A stretch of 64,000 nt of DNA, from the NCBI RefSeq assembly GCF_009914755.1, contig NC_060931.1. One strand, 5' to 3'. This DNA comes from the human T2T-CHM13v2.0 reference genome, Homo sapiens. Positions 39,525 through 64,000 of this stretch are shown here, piece after piece (the first letter of the stretch is position 1; every line of letters begins with the position of its first letter). The position numbers were made by a program, and so were the translations under genes. The notes beneath the pieces are model-generated. The model saw only the letters and a program-made list of their open reading frames with translations, was not told where the DNA came from and did not search any database.

Positions 39525-40617
39525 TAGCACCAAGAATATTCATGTTGTGCATCTGGCATCTTTTTGACAAGCTCTTGTCTTTCTTTAAACACTTTCTTAC
39601 ATTTGCTAAAACAAGATGTTTCAGCTAATCTTGTTCTTTCCTGTCCCAGCCCTGGAACCAGACAGTCGTCCAAGGAGTCCTCCTTGCTTTTAGTGGAAAT
39701 GGTATTTGGAAACCAAATAGCTCTTTTTCTGGATCTATTTATGTATTAAACATTAGAGTTCACACTGATACCTCTAATTCCAGTCCATGACACAGAATTT
39801 ATTCCAGTCATACCCCTTTCCACATTTATACCTTGCTTTTCCAACAGTGAGAAATCTGGTTCCTGTTTTCTTCAGTGTATTTGCTTTTTTGCTCAGTCTC
39901 CCCATAGGTTAACACTCCTAGCTGTGCTAGGCAAACTCAGCTGAAGACATGCTGCTGTTCCCTCCCCACAGTTTGCTGTTGGGGATGCTGTCCTAAAGCT
40001 GAACTAAGAAATATTCCCTTCCCCTTCCCCTTCCTGGATTCACTGGCCAAAAGCTTGGGTTTGATGAAAGGGAGGGGGAGGTGAGGAAGAAAAAAGGGTA
40101 AAGGTCAGTTACACAGCTCAGCCCTGACCAACATGTTCCTGTGCCTTGCTGAACACATTGGCTTAAGCTGGGCCCTGGGTATCTCAATTTTCCCCATGTC
40201 TTGCATGTTGAGGCAGAGTTGGTCCCAGACATGCCTTCTCTAATCCTATGGCATGTGTGCCAGTCCAGAGGTGGCCCAGGACGTCCTGGTTCCTTAAGCG
40301 TGGCCCTGATGAAGGGGAAGGGATAGTGAGAAGACACAGGATAAAAAGCCAGTTAGAGAGCTCATCTCTGGACATGCTTCCCGTCTTGTCCTTGACATGC
40401 ATGCTGACCCACTGCTGGGCCTTGGGCATTCTGCCCTTTTCAGCTTGACAGACTGATGCTGCCCCCACCTCCCCATCCGAAAGCCATGATTTGACATTTT
40501 TAAAAGACCGAAGAAAAGAAAGAAAATTTATCTTTTCTGTTTATCCCTCCGTTTATCATTTTTAGCACTTTTATTTCCTCTGGAAAATTTCCATCTGGAA
40601 TAATTTACCTTTGGCCT

Positions 40618-42425
<1,808 letters not shown>

Positions 42426-42542
42426 CTTAGCCTGAAGACCTTGCTTAGAATTTTTCATGGTGTAGGTCTGACACATTGTTTCACCTTTTATTATCTGAAA
42501 ATACCTTCATTTCATCTTCATTTTTGAAGGATAGTTTTACAG

Positions 42543-42875
42543 CAGCAGTCCCCAACCTTTTTGACACCAGGGACCGGTTTCGTGGCAGACAGTTTTTCCA
42601 TAGACCAAAGTGGGGAAAAGGTTTTGGGATGAAACTGTTCCATATCAGATCATCAGGCATTAGATTCTCTAAGGAGTGCGTAACCTAGATCCCTCCAACA
42701 CACAGTTCAGGGTTTGTGCTCTTATGAGAATCTAATGCAGCCACTGATCTCACAGGAGGCGGGGCTCAGGTGGTAATGCTTGCTGGCCCTCCACTCACCT
42801 CCTGCTGTGTGCGGCCTGGCTCCTAACAGGCCACGGACCCAGACCAGTCTGTGGCCTGGGGGCTGGGGACCTCTG
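42543..42875. mobile_element. MER1B hAT-Charlie DNA transposon, complete
   Basis: CAGCAGTCCCCAACCTTTTTG...GGGGCTGGGGACCTCTG termini, 333 bp, perfect 8-bp TSD TTTTACAG (42535-42542, 42876-42883). Confidence 0.9.
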
Positions 42876-42919
42876 TTTTACAGGATATAGAATTCTAGGT
42901 TGACTGTTTTCTTTCAGCA

Positions 42920-48719
<5,800 letters not shown>

Positions 48720-49642
48720 TTACACCTAAAGTGTGGACTTTTTGGATTTCTACTGAGTAGCCAGTTCAGCAAAGTCTCTTCAGCTGATTATAATGTTCAG
48801 GAAAGACTCTTCAGCTGATAATAACTTCTGGCATCACCATTCAGCAGTCAGTCAAACATTAAATGATTACCTGTAGGCATTGTGGAGTTTCATCTCTGCA
48901 TGTCCAGGCCAGCCCTTAGTCAAGGCCCAAGAAACATGTTTTTATCGTCAAGAACTTCTAGGCTCTTAGTTTACATAATGGAATCTTACAGATTTTCCTT
49001 TGTTTGCTTGCTCAACACTGTCATTGTCACCCTGGGATTTCTTTTCTCTGCTTCCTGGGTTGGTTCCACTGTTTCTTGGAGTCCACATCTTTTTCTCTCT
49101 TGGATGATCCTCGTTTTGCTGGGAGTAGATCCTCTAGTATGTTTTTCAAAAGGGGGTTTGTAGAGTGTAAAGATCCCAAGGCACTGCAGGTGTGAAAATA
49201 ACTATTTTGCACCTTGATTGACAGTTTGGTTTTAAATTAACTTCCAGATTTAAATTAATTTCCACACAGAATTTTAAAGGGATTACCATATTCCCATTTA
49301 TCAGGATACATCTGATGCTGATCTGAGTCTTACTGCTTTTACAGGTACTTTTTTTTGCATTTTCTTATTGGAAACCTAAGATTCTCTTGAAATTCTGCAG
49401 TTTTGTGAAGATGAGTCTAAATGTTGAGGGTTTGTCTCTTACATTCAGCCTACTTGTTACTGTGCTTTTTCTGTCCATAAAATTGAGTTCATCGTTGTTG
49501 TCTTCTGATATTTGTGTCCCTCTTTGATTCTGCCTGCTCTTATTCTCCTCTTAGGAAACTGTTAGACTCGATGGACCCAGCTTCTGTGGCCTTTAATTTT
49601 TCTCATGTTAAACTTTTTACCTTTTCACTTTATGTTCTAAGA

Positions 49643-49979
49643 CAGGGTTGGCAAACTTCATGAAAAGGACCAGACAGTAAATATTTCAGGCTGTGTGGGC
49701 CAGGGGGCAAAATTGAGGCCATTAAGTAGGTACTTATATAAGAGAGAAAGCAAATTTTCGTAAATTTTTTTATTGATGAAATTCAAGGTATAATAATTGA
49801 GTACAATTTTTTGTAATATGGTTCTACTACTGAGAATGGAATTCTTTTTGGGGGCTAACATTTTGCTTAATCAGGGTTCAAAGTTGGTGATTCCTTTTAT
49901 CGAATTGGTGGCAAATGTTCATCTGTAAAACATTTGCAGCTGTGGCCATCAGCAGCAGGCAGGCATTGGCCAACCCCGC
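49643..49979. mobile_element. MER58/Cheshire-family hAT DNA transposon
   Basis: CAGGGTTGGCAAACT...GACCAGACAGTAAATATTTCAGGC and terminal TTGGCCAACCCCG. Confidence 0.65.
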
Positions 49980-50099
49980 AGTTCTCCTTCACATCATTCT
50001 TTGGGCTCTCCGCTATGTCCTTGTTATTATTCTACGAATTTTTTATTTTGGCAGTCATATTTGTAATTTCTAAGATATATTTCTTGTTCTCTGTTCTCT

Positions 50100-59712
<9,613 letters not shown>

Positions 59713-60034
59713 TGGGAGCACTTTCTGTCCCCTCTGTGGTTCGTCTTAGAGCGGATCATCTTGTAAGGATGTTGGTGATCTTAATTTTTTATGCTTTTAT
59801 ATTTTGCCTCAGTTTAAGTGTAATCAGCAGGAAGCAGAAAATATATTCATCATTTTCAAAAAATATTTAAAAATTCAAATATTAAAAAAATACAGAGAAA
59901 AGTTAACAAAGCTACTGTATACATCATCTGGCTCCAACTGTTACCAACTCTGAGGACCTTTAGTCATCCTTACTCCATGCTCTCCCCTACCACCGGATGT
60001 ACTGAGCAGCAGAGAATGGGACCTGGGAGGGGGC

Positions 60035-60207
60035 CTATTCCAGGTCAAAGGGGAGAGACTACTCCTGGTCAACGGGGAACTACTCTGGGTCTATGAGAGG
60101 ACTAGTTCAGGTAGATGAGGGACTACTCCAGGTCAATGGGGAACCACTCTGGGTCAAGGGAAGACTATTCCAGGTCGGGCAAGGGGAGCTATTCCAGGTG
60201 AAGAAGG
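60035..60207. repeat. Degenerate minisatellite, ~8 units of 21-24 bp, consensus CTAYTCCAGGTCAAnGGGGRA
   Basis: Unit starts at 60035, 60059, 60080, 60102, 60123, 60144, 60165, 60189. Confidence 0.8.
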
Positions 60208-60387
60208 CGGATGCAGGGGTGGGTCCAGTCAGCCCAAGTGAGAGAGGAAGCATTTTAGCAGATTATAGGGCTTTAAGCCTGGGTCACAGGTGTGTCACCT
60301 GTTGGGGGCACGAATGAAGAGCTTAGGCTGTGATGCTGGTCCAACTTTATTATAGTCTGTGGTAGTGATGAGTAGGAGACAGTCTGA

Positions 60388-60422
60388 TTATATACATATA
60401 TACATATATATATATATGTATA
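60388..60422. repeat. Imperfect (TA)n microsatellite
   Basis: TATATACATATATACATATATATATATATGTATA. Confidence 0.85.
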
Positions 60423-61976
60423 GACAGCAGTGGAAGAAGAGATAAATTTTAACTTATTGTGAAGGTAAATACAGTCATAAAATTAACTGGTATATATTTT
60501 GCTTGTTCACAACATATCAGACGTGCTCAGAACTTTATGTAGATTATTGTATTGATTGCCTGTGGCACTTCTCTAAGGATTGTTAGCCTGTTGTGCAGAT
60601 GGTGAGAGCTCATCCAACCAGTTTGCTTAGTAAGTGGTGCAGCCCAATGCATGCCGGAGCGGAGATCATGCCTAGGACCTGAGGAACATCTATCTTTACT
60701 GGTAGAAGAAAGAGAGCTGGCAAAGGGTGCGTGAGATGCAGGAAACACAGGGGACAGAGTGACAGAGGCGTGGTGGCAGCGTTAGTGCACTTCTCTGGAA
60801 GCAAGACTTTCTGTTGTGTTTTTTGTTTTCGTTTTTATTGAAAGAGCTTCCTGATTCCATGTCTGTTTTAGTGGGTGAATGGAATAAAAACCCAGCTATG
60901 AAAGGGTGAAATAAATAAAGGTAAGAAGGAAGCTGAGGAGCAGAAAGCTCAGCCTTGGCTGTCAGGAGGCAGCAGGGTCAGGAAAAATGTTGGGTTTTGC
61001 TCTTTGAGGATTTGTTTTATTTGGGGTGGCTTTTGTTTGCTTATTTACTTTTCCCGCTAATGCTGGAGAGCTGAGCATGATGGTGGTGGTGGGGAGGGGC
61101 TCATACAGGGCAGGGTCCAACCCCAGCCTCATTAGGGAGGCAGCTGCAGGGCCTGCTGGGAGCCACTGGACGACCAATTTCTGCTTTTTTCAGGAGTGGT
61201 TACTGAATAGTGTAGTCCTTGGCTGCAATTGTCTGTGAAATTGGTGGGTTTGAGGAGGTGTCCTTATAGGACCACAGGTTCTGCTACACCGTTTTATATT
61301 GGATTTTGCATATGGGTGAATTTCCCATATGCTGGAGAGAGACAGAAATGAGAGCTTTTAATGAAAGTTTGGTGGTTTATTGTATATATGTTTTGTTAGT
61401 TTCTGTGTTTGGTGATAAGGGGGGTCTGAGCTTGGCCTACTGTGGGGGTTTCGGCTGCCATCTGTGCACTGGGTCACCCTATCCTGGCAGGCACCTGCAA
61501 AAGGAGTGTTGTCATCTCCTCCTGCGTTTCCTCTGTTGAGAGTTATGGAGGAGATGGTGGGGAATAAGTTCTCACTCTTAGTCACGGCTCTGGTTTTTGC
61601 AGGCCTGCGTGATGTTTCCTTGCTGCGGCTGCACATCAGTGTCTTGTTTTCTCGGGTTTATGTTCCTTTGGGTGACTGTAGATAGGGATTGTAGCATGAT
61701 CTCTCAGCACAATTTGGGATTGCTTCCCCCCAGACCCCCACCCCCCGCCGCCATTGTCAAAGGTGGTGATGAAAAGCTTTCTTACGGAGTTATTGTGAAT
61801 GAAGTGTCAGGTCTTTTCCTGGGTTCTGCAGGCGAGGCTTGCTGTAATCCTCTCTTGCTCTCTCACTGATTCTCACTCTTTAAGGTGACTTTGATTGCAG
61901 GATTAGCCTTCAGAACCCTCATGAAATGCTGGATAGGGTGTGAAGTCATCAGAGTTAGGGGCTGGCCAGCTGCTGA

Positions 61977-62295
<319 letters not shown>

Positions 62296-62793
62296 GGTTT
62301 CTCCCTTGTTGATCTGCATTGGAGCTCAACACACTCAGTGTCCCCACTTGGAGTGTTCCCCACTGGGGAAAGAATTGCATAAAAAACATATGCTCCACTT
62401 GTTGATGCTAGCACTGGCCACACCTTCCACCTGCCTTCCTGGAGTTCTCAGAAATGAAGTGTCCCAGCTGAGCTGGAAAGAGTTGGAGTGATGTTATGTT
62501 TTATCTTCTGTGGGGAATCTCCCCCTTCTATCATTGTCTTGCCAGATAAGGTTACCTGGCTTCTATGTGTTGTAGGAACAGGTGAAGAACAAGGTGCCTC
62601 CATGCCAGAGGCTGCATGGCAGCCCAGCCCCACCGTGCCGGCCTGCGTGCTGGCTGTGGTCCCTCAGGCTTGTGTGCTGTTGGTACCTTTCTCACCAGTC
62701 TGGCAGTCAGTGATCCCTGTTGCATGGGGGCCATGGTAGTAGTTTTGGCTACTTCTGTTTGTTAACCATAGGTACAACACAAAGCATTTGTAA

Positions 62794-63045
<252 letters not shown>

Positions 63046-64000
63046 TGACGGTCATGCTTGTATCCACCAGACACTCTTGAGTTTATAAGACACAGCCACA
63101 CAAACACCTTAGTAGTTGATTATCCCACCCATTGTCTTGTCTATGCTGATAAATTTAATAATTGGATAACTGAAAACCCAGATTCTGTCTGCTGACCCCA
63201 GTTTATTTTTTTCTGTAGTAGCAATGCCACCTTCTTTCTCTCGAAGACTTGGCTGTGTGAGTAGTATGTGCTGCTCCACCAGAAGAGGGTTAAAGAGCTG
63301 GGAGAAAACTCACATCTCCTGTAGTTTGCAGTTGAAAAGAGTTACCTGGTCAAGGCCATGACCTTGCAGGTCTAACAGTCACCGCCTAGAATTCAGACCA
63401 TGTGTTTGAGGCTCATCATTGGGTCTCAAAGGCCTGAGGCCAAAATACTGTGCATAAACCATGTGACGTGCATAAGTTGATTTTTAATCCCTCCCCTAAA
63501 ATGAAAATATATGAATAAAAAGGTATAAAGCCATGAGGTCAGAGAGAATAGGAAAGGAGACAACAGTGGATGAGGTGGTCCGTAAACATGGAAGAAGGAA
63601 ACCGCTGAGGGTGAGATGAGTTAGAGCTAATGCAGCCAGACCCGAGTTCCTGCAGAGGACCCAGAGTCCAGGGGGCTCAGGAGGGGCATGGGGCAGTTCG
63701 AATGTCCATGGGAGGGATTTCCACTCTCACCTGGCTCAGCCAGATGATTAACTCATCCCCACCCACTGGAAGATGGGGCTTTGGACGTGCAGAAACCTGG
63801 TACAGGGGCAGGTGGGGAGAGACCAAGACAGAAGATAAGGAAGTCAAGTCAAAGCCTGTATGTGGAATGGAGAGAATTCCCAATTCCTTTTTCTTTCAAG
63901 CTTCTAGAATGCCTGCAACCAGGCCTTTCCCACAAAGGAATTCTTGGAAGGGTGCTCATTGGGGAAGTTAAGCAGCCCCTACTGGCCCTTGGGGTTACCC

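Noticed and set aside
60035-60317. CRISPR-like appearance of the repeat and the 74-aa ORF across it
   Set aside because: Units are contiguous with no unique spacers, no cas genes, human intron; the periodic ORF is a by-product of the 21-bp unit and starts mid-array.

Overview
Human (primate) genomic DNA recognisable as the chr7p13 MYO1G - SNHG15 - CCM2 locus. Minus strand: the first three coding exons and promoter of MYO1G (class I myosin; exon 2 encodes the HA-2 minor histocompatibility peptide YIGEVLVSV), then the lncRNA host gene SNHG15 (~7370-11040) with the H/ACA snoRNA SNORA9 in intron 2. A ~12 kb intergenic stretch is almost entirely nested transposable elements (solo ERV1 LTRs, a 5'-truncated SVA, an L1 fragment, many Alus). 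Plus strand: the CCM2 CpG-island promoter, exon 1 (MEEEGKKGKK), a ~38 kb Alu-saturated intron 1 containing an alternative first coding exon (MHSSCRQRR...MENE), and exon 2. Almost all ORFs in the supplied track are Alu/SVA/GC-rich artefacts. I see no evidence of a wholly new gene system. The most interesting candidates are small translational-control features of CCM2 (an AUG-UAG start-stop element in frame with the CDS, an MAAN* micro-uORF, and an alternative first exon that could double as a poison cassette exon), an 18-codon first ORF across the SNORA9 intron junction, and a degenerate ~21-bp minisatellite near CCM2 exon 2. Gene identities and variant/disease statements come from recall, and repeat subfamily names are by eye and tentative.
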